DNA of 63,807 bases, filler included, from Octopus bimaculoides (lineage: Eukaryota), in NCBI RefSeq assembly GCF_001194135.2. It is 5 parts of 5 records of this genome, joined end to end, with 100 filler letters (N's around TTAATTAATTAA, not from the genome) between each part and the next. Parts side by side here need not be neighbours in the genome. Positions count along the whole stretch, not along the records: positions 22,370 to 46,716 come from NC_068985.1; positions 46,817 to 57,182 come from NW_026349131.1; 3 more parts are not named here. One strand, given 5' to 3'. Shown in pieces: positions 39,553-51,207 of this stretch. The notes below the pieces were generated by a model. It was not told where the DNA came from and searched no databases. It saw nothing but the letters and a program-made list of their open reading frames with translations. The position numbers and the translations under genes are program-made. Positions within the stretch are counted from its first letter, which is position 1; every line of letters begins with the position of its first letter.

Positions 39553-40093
39553 GCACACACACATCACGCACATATGTACGTGCTCGATACATAGAAGACT
39601 CGATACAACAGCACGATACATAGAAGACTCGAACCCACAAGACTATACCACTTTCTATTCACAGACATAAGGCACACACAATTCAGGCACTTCACCTGCC
39701 CTCCCCTGCATTTGAAGACCAGATCTGGCTGGCCCTGTACTTCCGGTCAATTAACAGCCATGTAAGATAACGAGTACATGTTGGCTCTATCGCTTTATCT
39801 TTTTATATTTTTGTCGTTTTTTCTTTCGTCGTTCCTTCCTCTTTTTCCTCTCTCCAGCTACATGCCGAGGAAGGTCAACGTTCGAAACGTCGTAATTAGC
39901 CCACTCGTTCTCCTTTGCTGAACGAGAACCTAATCATCGCGTCTTTCTTTGAAATTTGTTCCTGTATTTTCTCTCTCTTTCTCTCTCTCTCACTCACTTT
40001 TTCTCTCTCTATGTATATATGTATATATGTGCATACATATATCAAAAGGATGTGTTATAATACTATACCACATATCCAAAAAAACAGCCTTAC

Positions 40094-40153
40094 CAACAAT
40101 CCAATGTACCTCCATCATCAGCTGCTCCACGGATATCATTATGGTTTCGACAC
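40094..40153 (-). CDS. candidate 60-nt internal exon, product unknown
   Basis: Minus strand ...ACTGCCCAG | 60 nt | GTAAGG. Two frames are open (VETIMISVEQLMMEVHWIV or CRNHNDIRGAADDGGTLDC). GC-richer than flanks. No homology recognised. Confidence 0.3.
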
Positions 40154-40316
40154 CTGGGCAGTACCATTCAATCCGGCGGTGTCAACAGCAGTAAAATAAG
40201 TGTTGTTTGGGAACAAACAAACCAAAGAAACCACAACTTTCAAACACATTTACCCTATATACAACCGTATCAGTAAATAAATTCAATAAGTAAATTCTAT
40301 GCACACATATACATAA

Positions 40317-41355
40317 AGGCGCATGAGTGACTGTGTAGTAAAAAGCTTGCTACCCAATCACATAGTGCAGGGTCAGTCCCACTGCGTGGCACCTTCGGAA
40401 AGTATTTTCTACTATAGCCTCGGATCGACCAAAGCTTTGTGAGTGGATTTGGTAGACGGAAACTGAAAGAAGCGTGTCGTATATATATATATATATATNN
40501 NNNNNNNNNNNNNNNNNNNNNNNNNNNNNNNNNNNNNNNNNNNNNNNNNNNNNNNNNNNNNNNNNNNNNNNNNNNNNNNNNNNNNNNNNNNNNNNNNNNN
40601 NNNNNNNNNNNNNNNNNNNNNNNNNNNNNNNNNNNNNNNNNNNNNNNNNNNNNNNNNNNNNNNNNNNNNNNNNNNNNNNNNNNNNNNNNNNNNNNNNNNN
40701 NNNNNNNNNNNNNNNNNNNNNNNNNNNNNNNNNNNNNNNNNNNNNNNNNNNNNNNNNNNNNNNNNNNNNNNNNNNNNNNNNNNNNNNNNNNNNNNNNNNN
40801 NNNNNNNNNNNNNNNNNNNNNNNNNNNNNNNNNNNNNNNNNNNNNNNNNNNNNNNNNNNNNNNNNNNNNNNNNNNNNNNNNNNNNNNNNNNNNNNNNNNN
40901 NNNNNNNNNNNNNNNNNNNNNNNNNNNNNNNNNNNNNNNNNNNNNNNNNNNNNNNNNNNNNNNNNNNNNNNNNNNNNNNNNNNNNNNNNNNNNNNNNNNN
41001 NNNNNNNNNNNNNNNNNNNNNNNNNNNNNNNNNNNNNNNNNNNNNNNNNNNNNNNNNNNNNNNNNNNNNNNNNNNNNNNNNNNNNNNNNNNNNNNNNNNN
41101 NNNNNNNNNNNNNNNNNNNNNNNNNNNNNNNNNNATATATATATATATATATATGAGTGTGTCTTTGTTTCTGTGTTTGTCCTCCCAATCGTCACTTGAC
41201 AATCGATGTTGGTGTGTTTACGTCCCCGTAATTTAGCGGTTAGGCAAAAGAGACTGATAGAATAAGTACTAGACTCACAAAGAATAAGTCCTAGGGTCGA
41301 TTTGATCGACTAAATGTGGTGCTTCAGCATGGCCGCAGTCAAACGACTGAAACAA
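40317..41355 (+). mobile_element. SINE family A, full length, internal microsatellite lost in an assembly gap
   Basis: Head AGGCGCATGAGTGACTGTG at 40317, 5' body to 40480, (TA)n, gap, (TA)n, 3' body 41155-41355. Confidence 0.9.
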
Positions 41356-41356
41356 T

Positions 41357-41398
<42 letters not shown>

Positions 41399-41987
41399 CG
41401 TGTGCGTGTGTATTTATGTATATATGTACATATATATATATCCATATATATAATATGTATGATATATATGTATATATATATATTTACATATATACATACA
41501 TACATGCACATATATGTATATATATGTGCATATATGCATACACATATATGTATATGTATAACGCTAATGCAAGCATATCAGTGTACGCAACCTTAAAACC
41601 CCAAACAACATTTTAGATCAATGAATAATGATAGTGAAAATGTTAAGAATTCCTATTTTAACATTTCAAACAAATGTAGCTTTTATTGTCCATTCACCAA
41701 ACCTTCTTTGTTCATTTTCTACAATTCTCATTATCAGGGCTCATTTTCTCTCTTAATTTCTACCCGTATCTTTAAACTTAGATTCATTATAATGTCACTC
41801 TGGCCCATCAGTCTAACTTTATTTTGGGATTATATAGAAACCATAGTTTTATCATGAGTTTATCACAATTATAATTTTATCATTTCATTATAGCAGTGAT
41901 AAAGGCGATGGGTCAATGCAATCCATTAGCCCCCCCCCCCACCTCTTCCAGAATTTTAGATCTTCTGTTTAGAGTAGAAAAAATATT

Positions 41988-42180
41988 AAAGGCAGTGGGC
42001 TGGCTTAGTAACGTCGAGCAAGATGCCTAGAAGCATTTCTTCCCGCTTTACGTCCTGAGTTCGTATTCTGCCGAGTTCGACTTTTGGGGTCGATAACATA
42101 AGTATTAGTTAAACACTGGGGTCAATGTAACCGATTAGCCCCCTCTCCACAAATTTCGTGCCTTGAGCCTAAATAGAAAT
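41988..42180 (+). mobile_element. SINE family B (preceded by a second 3' end at ~41905-41985)
   Basis: AAAGGCAGTGGGCTGG...CTGAGTTCGTATTCTGCCGAG...GGGGTCGATAACATAAGTA...CACTGGGGTCAATGTAACCGATTAGCCCCC. The GGTCAATG.AA.C.ATTAGCCCCC end also occurs just upstream. Confidence 0.8.
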
Positions 42181-43661
42181 AAATGTATTTTCACATTTCG
42201 TTATTTTATAATTTCGATGTTTCAAAGTTATTTCAATAATTTTGTCGTTCCCATTCATTCAGTATGTATTTATTTCCGTCTTTATTATTACAAATGTTTA
42301 AAAGTTATTTCGCATAATTGTGTTTCTGTTTTCCTTTGTTATTTCAGTATCATTCGATCGAAGTTATTTCATTATTTATATTATGGACTTTCTTATAAAT
42401 GCTTAAATTTAAATATTTTACGTTTCCTTCTTTACTGGAAATGTTTAACAAAAAAAAATGGCGGACATCGTGAGGTGACTACATGTGCAACGTTTGATGA
42501 GGAATTTTGGCCGTTACAAGCGATCACATACAGGCTCTGTAGTTGACAAGCTGAAACGAAAATTTTAAATGTAGAATCATTTTCTGAAAAGCATAACAGT
42601 TACATGTGGAGCGTAATAATTAGTGTTAAATATAAATTTATGATTAAAATCCCTGCAGCAGTTTTAACAAAGAAAACCCTACTGAATTAAGAAAAATAGT
42701 TTCTTTTTTCTTTTTAAAAAAGAACCATACTGAAACAGAAGAAATGAAATTTAAATGTTAAGTTTCAGATGCAATTTAAAGCCCTAAAGCAGTTTTAGCA
42801 CCACAAAACCTACTGAATAATAATAATAATAATGATAATAATAGACAAAAAACCCACCTTCCTTTGAATACTGAGCGAGAATAATTCAAAATGAAATTTT
42901 AGTTTGAGACAAAAATTCATTCCTGTTCGTCGCATGTCATGTTAAAGTACAAAAGAACAAATTGGACAGTGCAATTTTATATGCAAAGCGACGAGATATA
43001 TATTGCATGAACTGACAGTAAAGGACCTGGAGAATGGTGTTTCTTCTAGAATATGTGTGTGAGTGTGTGTGTGTGTATGTGTGCGCACATGCACACACAC
43101 ACTCACACACATGCACGTTATATTTTACGATCTGAGATTGAAACAGCAGCAACTCTAGGTGTTTGGGTCACTTCTGTTAAAATCCGTACTAATAAAAATA
43201 TGTTTATTCCACTTTACTTAGTATTCCCCTTCTGCTTGTAAGATCGAACGTACATGTATGTATTGTATGTACGTACGTATATACGCATATATACGTACGT
43301 ATATACGTATATTTGTTATTTCGTGATAGATTTATTCTGCCACTCAGTTCAATACTGTTGTAACATTTACTACCTGGGCATTGAGTGCTATTAGTAGAGC
43401 GCGCTCTGATTTAAACATTTGGGTCCTGTTTCCAGTGCAAGGATAGCTCATTTTCATTAATCGTTTTGGCTCTTGAAAGTGATAGCTTCCGGAGATGTTT
43501 CTGTAGCTGAGTACCATAGATTTCATTTGCAAGCGTGTATGACATGGTAATAAGTACTAAGTACAATACTTTCGCTAATTGTTTTGGGCGTCTATGTAAT
43601 CGTGAAGAGACATAAACCCTCTTATCCGGTTTCCCACTTCGTGACCCAGTGGAACATCGAA

Positions 43662-43749
43662 GTATGACACTCCAAGAGTCAAAGTGTGACACTTCAAGAG
43701 TAAAAGTGTGACACTCCAAGAGTAAAAGTGTGACACTCCAAGAGTAAAA
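43662..43749 (+). repeat. 4 x 22-bp minisatellite GTGTGACACTCCAAGAGTAAAA
   Basis: Units at 43662, 43684, 43706 and 43728; the last two are identical. Confidence 0.95.
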
Positions 43750-43769
43750 TGGTCACACCATCATCCAGT

Positions 43770-43915
43770 TGGTGTAGTAATAATTTTCAGTCAACCAGAC
43801 TTGAGCAAGTTCCTTGCTCAAAAACACAATGCACTACACGGCTAAGGAATTGAACCCATGGCTTTATGATGGTGAGCCTAACACTCTAACCACTTGGCTA
43901 TGCACCTTCACACGT
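43770..43915 (-). mobile_element. tRNA-head SINE (family D)
   Basis: Minus strand GTGAAGGTGCATAGCCAAGTGGTTAGAGTG (A box) ... GGGTTCAATTCC (B box) ... TTGAGCAAGGAACT. Confidence 0.65.
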
Positions 43916-44370
43916 TCTTTCTCTGCTTAACACTACAAACTTGGAAAAGGAACCTCGTCTAAGGCAAAGATGTTTTCAACAATACGAGGTCACAGACCCT
44001 TTGGATTTTCTGCATAAAACTGTAAGTTTGTGCGAGTATGTAGATGGAATATTTGGATATTGTACCAGATTTAGTTAAGCTAAAATACCGAGGCTTCTTT
44101 TATTCCATAATAAAGATAAAGTATAATAATCTGTATAAGAATTAATTTTGCTCTTAGATAAGTCTCTCTTATTATCCAGAAAAACTTTACTTAAACTACT
44201 TTGTTGAAAATATTTATACTTTCTGTAATACTTTTTAACAAGAATTAAAAGTTTCTGTTGAGGTTTTAAGTTTTAAGAGTATAAGTACTAAAAAGCGTAT
44301 CTTCAATAGAACAACAAATAGGCTACTTTTGTGATGTCTATTTTGTGTGTGTGTCTGTGTCACTGCATGT

Positions 44371-44422
<52 letters not shown>

Positions 44423-45036
44423 NNNNNNNNNNNNNNNNNNNNNNNNNNNNNNNNNNNNNNNNNNNNNNNNNNNNNNNNNNNNNNNNNNNNNNNNNNNNNN
44501 NNNNNNNNNNNNNNNNNNNNNNNNNNNNNNNNNNNNNNNNNNNNNNNNNNNNNNNNNNNNNNNNNNNNNNNNNNNNNNNNNNNNNNNNNNNNNNNNNNNN
44601 NNNNNNNNNNNNNNNNNNNNNNNNNNNNNNNNNNNNNNNNNNNNNNNNNNNNNNNNNNNNNNNNNNNNNNNNNNNNNNNNNNNNNNNNNNNNNNNNNNNN
44701 NNNNNNNNNNNNNNNNNNNNNNNNNNNNNNNNNNNNNNNNNNNNNNNNNNNNNNNNNNNNNNNNNNNNNNNNNNNNNNNNNNNNNNNNNNNNNNNNNNNN
44801 NNNNNNNNNNNNNNNNNNNNNNNNNNNNNNNNNNNNNNNNNNNNNNNNNNNNNNNNNNNNNNNNNNNNNNNNNNNNNNNNNNNNNNNNNNNNNNNNNNNN
44901 NNNNNNNNNNNNNNNNNNNNNNNNNNNNNNNNNNNNNNNNNNNNNNNNNNNNNNNNNNNNNNNNNNNNNNNNNNNNNNNNNNNNNNNNNNNNNNNNNNNN
45001 NNNNNNNNNNNNNNNNNNNNNNNNNNNNNNNNNNNN

Positions 45037-45132
<96 letters not shown>

Positions 45133-45505
45133 GTATATCTGCTTGTTATGTACGTACTTATGTATGTATAAGAATAAAAATTATTCCTTAAAATGGTAAT
45201 CTCCTTTGGTGGTACTTCTAACTATCACAATCACTAACTCCACCCTACCTTCACTCCCAGATACTACCAACACCACCCCGAACTCAGATCTATACCCACC
45301 CACCAAAAACATCACCCAGAAGCAACAGCAACAACAACAGCAGCAACAACAACAACAGCAATAACAAATATACCTCCATCACCAGCAACATTACCATTTC
45401 TCCTAAAATCTTTACTATTTCTCTCCGTCTTTCTCTCAAAGTGTGCCTCTCTTTGTCTCTCTCTCTCCCTCCCTCACACACATATATGCACACATATGCA
45501 CGATC

Positions 45506-45540
<35 letters not shown>

Positions 45541-46140
45541 NNNNNNNNNNNNNNNNNNNNNNNNNNNNNNNNNNNNNNNNNNNNNNNNNNNNNNNNNNNN
45601 NNNNNNNNNNNNNNNNNNNNNNNNNNNNNNNNNNNNNNNNNNNNNNNNNNNNNNNNNNNNNNNNNNNNNNNNNNNNNNNNNNNNNNNNNNNNNNNNNNNN
45701 NNNNNNNNNNNNNNNNNNNNNNNNNNNNNNNNNNNNNNNNNNNNNNNNNNNNNNNNNNNNNNNNNNNNNNNNNNNNNNNNNNNNNNNNNNNNNNNNNNNN
45801 NNNNNNNNNNNNNNNNNNNNNNNNNNNNNNNNNNNNNNNNNNNNNNNNNNNNNNNNNNNNNNNNNNNNNNNNNNNNNNNNNNNNNNNNNNNNNNNNNNNN
45901 NNNNNNNNNNNNNNNNNNNNNNNNNNNNNNNNNNNNNNNNNNNNNNNNNNNNNNNNNNNNNNNNNNNNNNNNNNNNNNNNNNNNNNNNNNNNNNNNNNNN
46001 NNNNNNNNNNNNNNNNNNNNNNNNNNNNNNNNNNNNNNNNNNNNNNNNNNNNNNNNNNNNNNNNATAATATGCATATGTATAGAATCCCACAAGCGCCGT
46101 CTGGTTTGCTTCTCCTTCCATTAACTTGCAATTTCTTCAG

Positions 46141-46170
46141 CATCAAGTAAATATGATTGACAGCTCTTTG
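46141..46170 (+). CDS. candidate 30-nt microexon (HQVNMIDSSL, phase 0-0)
   Basis: Strong acceptor CTTCTCCTTCCATTAACTTGCAATTTCTTCAG and donor TTG|GTAAGT. Only phase 0 is free of stops. Confidence 0.35.
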
Positions 46171-46246
46171 GTAAGTTTTTCAAGAACTTTCTAGATAAAT
46201 CAGAGATCTATATGAATAAGCCTCAGTTCTTTCTTTCTTTCTTTTT

Positions 46247-46298
<52 letters not shown>

Positions 46299-46663
46299 TC
46301 ATTAATTCTTTCTTCTTCTTCTTCTTCTTCTTCTTCTTCTTCTTCTTCTTCTTCTTCTTCTTCCTCCTCCTCCTCCTCCTCCTACCCCTTTCCTCCCCTC
46401 TTTCCTCTTCATAATAAAATTCAATTCTATATAATTTACGTAGGTATTTTCTTGATAAATGATAATCTTTAACATCCTAAATTGTATTTATGCGTGCATG
46501 TATCAACGTACTATTGTATGCAATATAAGTAATATTGCTCTCTCCCTCATTTTCTCACTCTCTATCTATTTATCTATCTATATACATGCATACATAGATA
46601 CGCATACACACAAAGCCACAACTGTGCACGCATAGCATGTATGTATGTATGTATGTATGTATG

Positions 46664-46716
<53 letters not shown>

Positions 46717-46816
46717 NNNNNNNNNNNNNNNNNNNNNNNNNNNNNNNNNNNNNNNNNNNNTTAATTAATTAANNNNNNNNNNNNNNNNNNNNNNNNNNNN
46801 NNNNNNNNNNNNNNNN

Positions 46817-46866
<50 letters not shown>

Positions 46867-47039
46867 GTATCAAAAAATCCACACAGATATATATGAATAC
46901 GTTATACATATCGGGTAGAAGAGAATAAATTTCAACTCATAAATTTAGTTAAGACTACAGAGAAGCAATACAGTTGTATGTATGTATGTATATACACACA
47001 TATATATGTATATATATTTTGTATGTATGTATGTGTAAG

Positions 47040-47190
47040 ATGGGCTTCTTTCAGTTTCTGTCTACCAAATCCACTCACAAGGCTTTGGTTGACTTGAGAG
47101 CATGGTAGAAGACACCTGTCGAAGGTGTCACACAGTGGGGACTAAACGCAGAACCGTGTGGTTGGCAAGTAAACGTGTTATAAGACCTCC
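47040..47190 (-). mobile_element. SINE family A, 5' half
   Basis: GGGCTTCTTTCAGTTTCTGTCTACCAAATCCACTCACAAGGCTTTGG...CAGTGGGACTAAAC...ACCGTGTGGTTGG. Confidence 0.85.
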
Positions 47191-47889
47191 ACCTACATAT
47201 ATATATATATANNNNNNNNNNNNNNNNNNNNNNNNNNNNNNNNNNNNNNNNNNNNNNNNNNNNNNNNNNNNNNNNNNNNNNNNNNNNNNNNNNNNNNNNN
47301 NNNNNNNNNNNNNNNNNNNNNNNNNNNNNNNNNNNNNNNNNNNNNNNNNNNNNNNNNNNNNNNNNNNNNNNNNNNNNNNNNNNNNNNNNNNNNNNNNNNN
47401 NNNNNNNNNNNNNNNNNNNNNNNNNNNNNNNNNNNNNNNNNNNNNNNNNNNNNNNNNNNNNNNNNNNNNNNNNNNNNNNNNNNNNNNNNNNNNNNNNNNN
47501 NNNNNNNNNNNNNNNNNNNNNNNNNNNNNNNNNNNNNNNNNNNNNNNNNNNNNNNNNNNNNNNNNNNNNNNNNNNNNNNNNNNNNNNNNNNNNNNNNNNN
47601 NNNNNNNNNNNNNNNNNNNNNNNNNNNNNNNNNNNNNNNNNNNNNNNNNNNNNNNNNNNNNNNNNNNNNNNNNNNNNNNNNNNNNNNNNNNNNNNNNNNN
47701 NNNNNNNNNNNNNNNNNNNNNNNNNNNNNNNNNNNNNNNNNNNNNNNNNNNNNNNNNNNNNNNNNNNNNNNNNNNNNNNNNNNNNNNNNNNNNNNNNNNN
47801 NNNNNNNNNNNNNNNNNNNNNNNNNNNNNNNNNNNNNNNNNNNNATATATATATATATATATATATACATATATAGTTATATATATGTA

Positions 47890-48097
47890 CGAAAGGGGGC
47901 TGAAGAGACGCTGGTATCGTAAAAGGCCTGGTTAGAGACTCAACTTCCCGAGTTCTTTTTACAGGGCATAGAAAAACTGAAGGCCCTCTGTAATAAATTT
48001 GTGAATCTGAGAGGGGAATATGTTGAATAAAATCATAATTAACTGATTCTCCTCTATTTTCTTTTACCCCAAACCAGGAATATGACATCACCAATCG
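47890..48097 (+). mobile_element. internally deleted mariner (Tc1/mariner) remnant
   Basis: Flanked by TA. 47929-48030 encodes WLETQLPEFFLQGIEKLKALCNKFVNLRGEYVE*, the typical mariner transposase C-terminus. Ends are TACGAAAGGGGGCTGAA and reverse complement TACGATTGGTGATGTCA (degenerate TIRs). Confidence 0.8.
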
Positions 48098-48123
48098 TAT
48101 ATGTGTGTGTGTGTGTTATGTAT

Positions 48124-48181
<58 letters not shown>

Positions 48182-48269
48182 ATAAATATGTATATACATA
48201 CGTATATATATATATATGTGTGTGTGTGTATATATATACGTGTGTATATATATACGTGTGTATATGAAT

Positions 48270-49010
48270 GCGTAAGTTTATTTATATTCATTAAATGTAA
48301 TACCTGTTCCGGTTATCAACAAATTTCCACAAGATCTTCTTGTTATTTTATCATGCTCAAATACCTAACTACACATACACACACACACACACGTGTGTGT
48401 GTGTGTGTGTGTGTGTGTATGTACTTGCTTGGATAAGCAAGGCTTCTTATAAAAACCCATTTAGACTTCGATTCCAATTCCAAAAATTATTATTAAATCG
48501 TATCTTTTATACTATTTACATTAAATGATATATATATTTTCTAGTTATTTACAGACATCCAAGAAATCCACATTTTGTATCCTACTCAATACATACATAT
48601 ATATATATATATACATACATATATTTATACATATATATATATATATACACATATATATATATATATAGGCGCAGGAGTGGCTGCTTACCAACCACATAGT
48701 CCTGCGTTCAGTCCCACTGCGTGTCTTCTGCTATAGCCTCGGGCCGACCAAAACTTTGTGAGTGGATTTGGTAGACGGAAACTGAAAGAAGTTCGTCGTA
48801 TATATGTATATGTATATATGTGTGTGTGTGTATGTTTGCGTGTCTGTTCACCACCCCCAACATCGCTTGACAACCGATGCTGGTGTGTTTACAAAAGAGA
48901 TAGAATAAGTACTAGGCCTACAAAGACTAGGCCGTGGGCTCGATTTGCATGGTCGCAGTCAAATGAAGCAAGTAAAAAAATAAAAGAATATATAAATATT
49001 TGTGTGTGGT

Positions 49011-49051
<41 letters not shown>

Positions 49052-49401
49052 GGTATATATTCATATACACTGATATCTGTTATACTTAGCAACATATCTA
49101 CACAAGAACTTCAAATTATTTTATTATCTACATGATATTCTACAAAATATCATACCAAAAATATTTTCCATATATATATATGTATATGTATGTATGTATG
49201 TGTACAAAAACAAATTTTAATGTTTATACATACATATGTATGCGTGAAAGTATGTGTGCGTGTGCATCAGGGTATATATTTATATACAATAATACCTGTT
49301 CTACATAGCTACATACCTACACCAGGACAAATTCGTATATCTTTATCATCCTCAATATATATCATTCATATTATATTACCATAAATATATTCCATACATA
49401 C

Positions 49402-49440
<39 letters not shown>

Positions 49441-49712
49441 CAGATACACAGACGTTTCTAGATAACGTTTATATATACATATGTATGTACGAGTGTACAT
49501 GTTTTGTATGTGTGTGAGCTTATATATTTATATATTATAATATGTGTTCTACTTAGCTAGAAACCTCCACAAGAAATTCACATTGCATCATGATCTACAA
49601 TACATATTGTACATACCATATTACCATAAAATTATTCCATATATATATATATTTGTACATAAATATTTCTAGATAACGTTTATATATATACATACGTATA
49701 GGTGAGTGTTTG

Positions 49713-49740
<28 letters not shown>
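48270..49740. repeat. degenerate tandem array, ~220-250-bp period, about 5 units, interrupted by a SINE
   Basis: Recurrent ATACCTGTT / ATCTGTT / ATGTGTT, CCACAAGA / CCAAGAAAT, TATTACCATAAA (49373, 49619) and TTCTAGATAACGTTTATATATA (49456, 49667). Confidence 0.65.
48667..48988 (+). mobile_element. SINE family A, full span with several internal deletions
   Basis: AGGCGCAGGAGTGGCTG head, GTGAGTGGATTTGGTAGACGGAAACTGAAAGAAG, microsatellite, CATCGCTTGACAACCGATGCTGG, 3' end AAGTAAAAAAATAAAAG. Confidence 0.9.
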
Positions 49741-49744
<4 letters not shown>

Positions 49745-50379
49745 NNNNNNNNNNNNNNNNNNNNNNNNNNNNNNNNNNNNNNNNNNNNNNNNNNNNNNNN
49801 NNNNNNNNNNNNNNNNNNNNNNNNNNNNNNNNNNNNNNNNNNNNNNNNNNNNNNNNNNNNNNNNNNNNNNNNNNNNNNNNNNNNNNNNNNNNNNNNNNNN
49901 NNNNNNNNNNNNNNNNNNNNNNNNNNNNNNNNNNNNTAAAAAAGCTGAGAATCCCACAGATAGCATCACTTGTAACTCACAAAGGCAAAAACAGGAAGAA
50001 AAAAACAATGAAAACTAACCATTCCGAAGGTTAACTGTAGACGGGTTTCTGGATTATGAGTGATACTCAATTTCCTTTTTTAGCTGCTATTTCTGAACTT
50101 CGGTATATGGTGAAGCAAATATTTGCTGATCCCTTAATTATGTTTATAAATATATATGAGCTTTTGAATAAGTTCTCCACCAATAATGGTACTTTCATAC
50201 CGATGGGCTTGGTAAAAATTATTAATTATTAATTGATTTATTAATTAATAAATTGATAATCCTTTACCCTTTTAATTTGTAATATATATATATACATGTA
50301 TGTGAGTGAATGGGTGAGTGAGTGAGTGGTTGAGTCGGTGAGTGAGCGTATATATATATATATTTATATATTATAATAC

Positions 50380-50573
50380 CTGTCGGTTTATCAGCGGTCG
50401 AGTCGTCTGGTATTAGTGTTTGTCCTGACCATTTCCATGCAGAAGACACAGGTACAGTTTCAATGGGACTAGAGCCACCGGTCGAAGTTTGGTTAGCACT
50501 GTTGACTGAAGATGCTTCACGTGATATTAGCTGTGACTGAGTTTCTGACGTTTCTTTCATATCCTTTTTAGGT
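50380..50573 (-). CDS. candidate coding exon, Ser/Thr-rich, product unknown
   Basis: Non-repetitive island GC-richer than its flanks. Minus strand TTTTCTCAAAG | 194 nt | GTATTA. Open frame PKKDMKETSETQSQLISREASSVNSANQTSTGGSSPIETVPVSSAWKWSGQTLIPDDSTADKPT. The AAG acceptor is an uncommon type; no family recognised. Confidence 0.45.
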
Positions 50574-51145
50574 CTTTGAGAAAAGTTATAAAAAATATTT
50601 CTTGGGTTTTCTTGTTTGGCTGTGTGTTTTTTCTTTTTCTTTTTCTTTTTCTTTTTACGTTCCTATATATATATATAGATAGATATGTACATATGTTTAT
50701 ATGTGTGTGTATGTGTGTGTTTTTTCTCTCTTTTATATTTATATATGTGTATATATATATGTGCGTATGTTTGTGTGTGTTTATCTTGCGCTACTTTGTG
50801 CACCTATAAATGTGGTTACATATATAGAGATGTATGTATATATGTGTGTGTGTATGTGTTTGTGTATTTACATATATAGAGCTGTATATATATATATATA
50901 TATATACGTGTGTGTGTGCAATTATATGAATATACGCTTGTTGTGTAAATGTACGTGTGTATACGCGTGTGTGTCAATATATATATGTATGTATTGTATA
51001 TGCATGTGAGATTGTATATATATGTATTATATGTTCGTGTGTGCATATATATATATGTATGTGTGTGTGTGTGTGTATGTTAAGTGTATGTATATGTTAA
51101 AGTGTTTTCGTTTATGTAACTATCCCTAAACAATATATATACATT

Positions 51146-51207
<62 letters not shown>

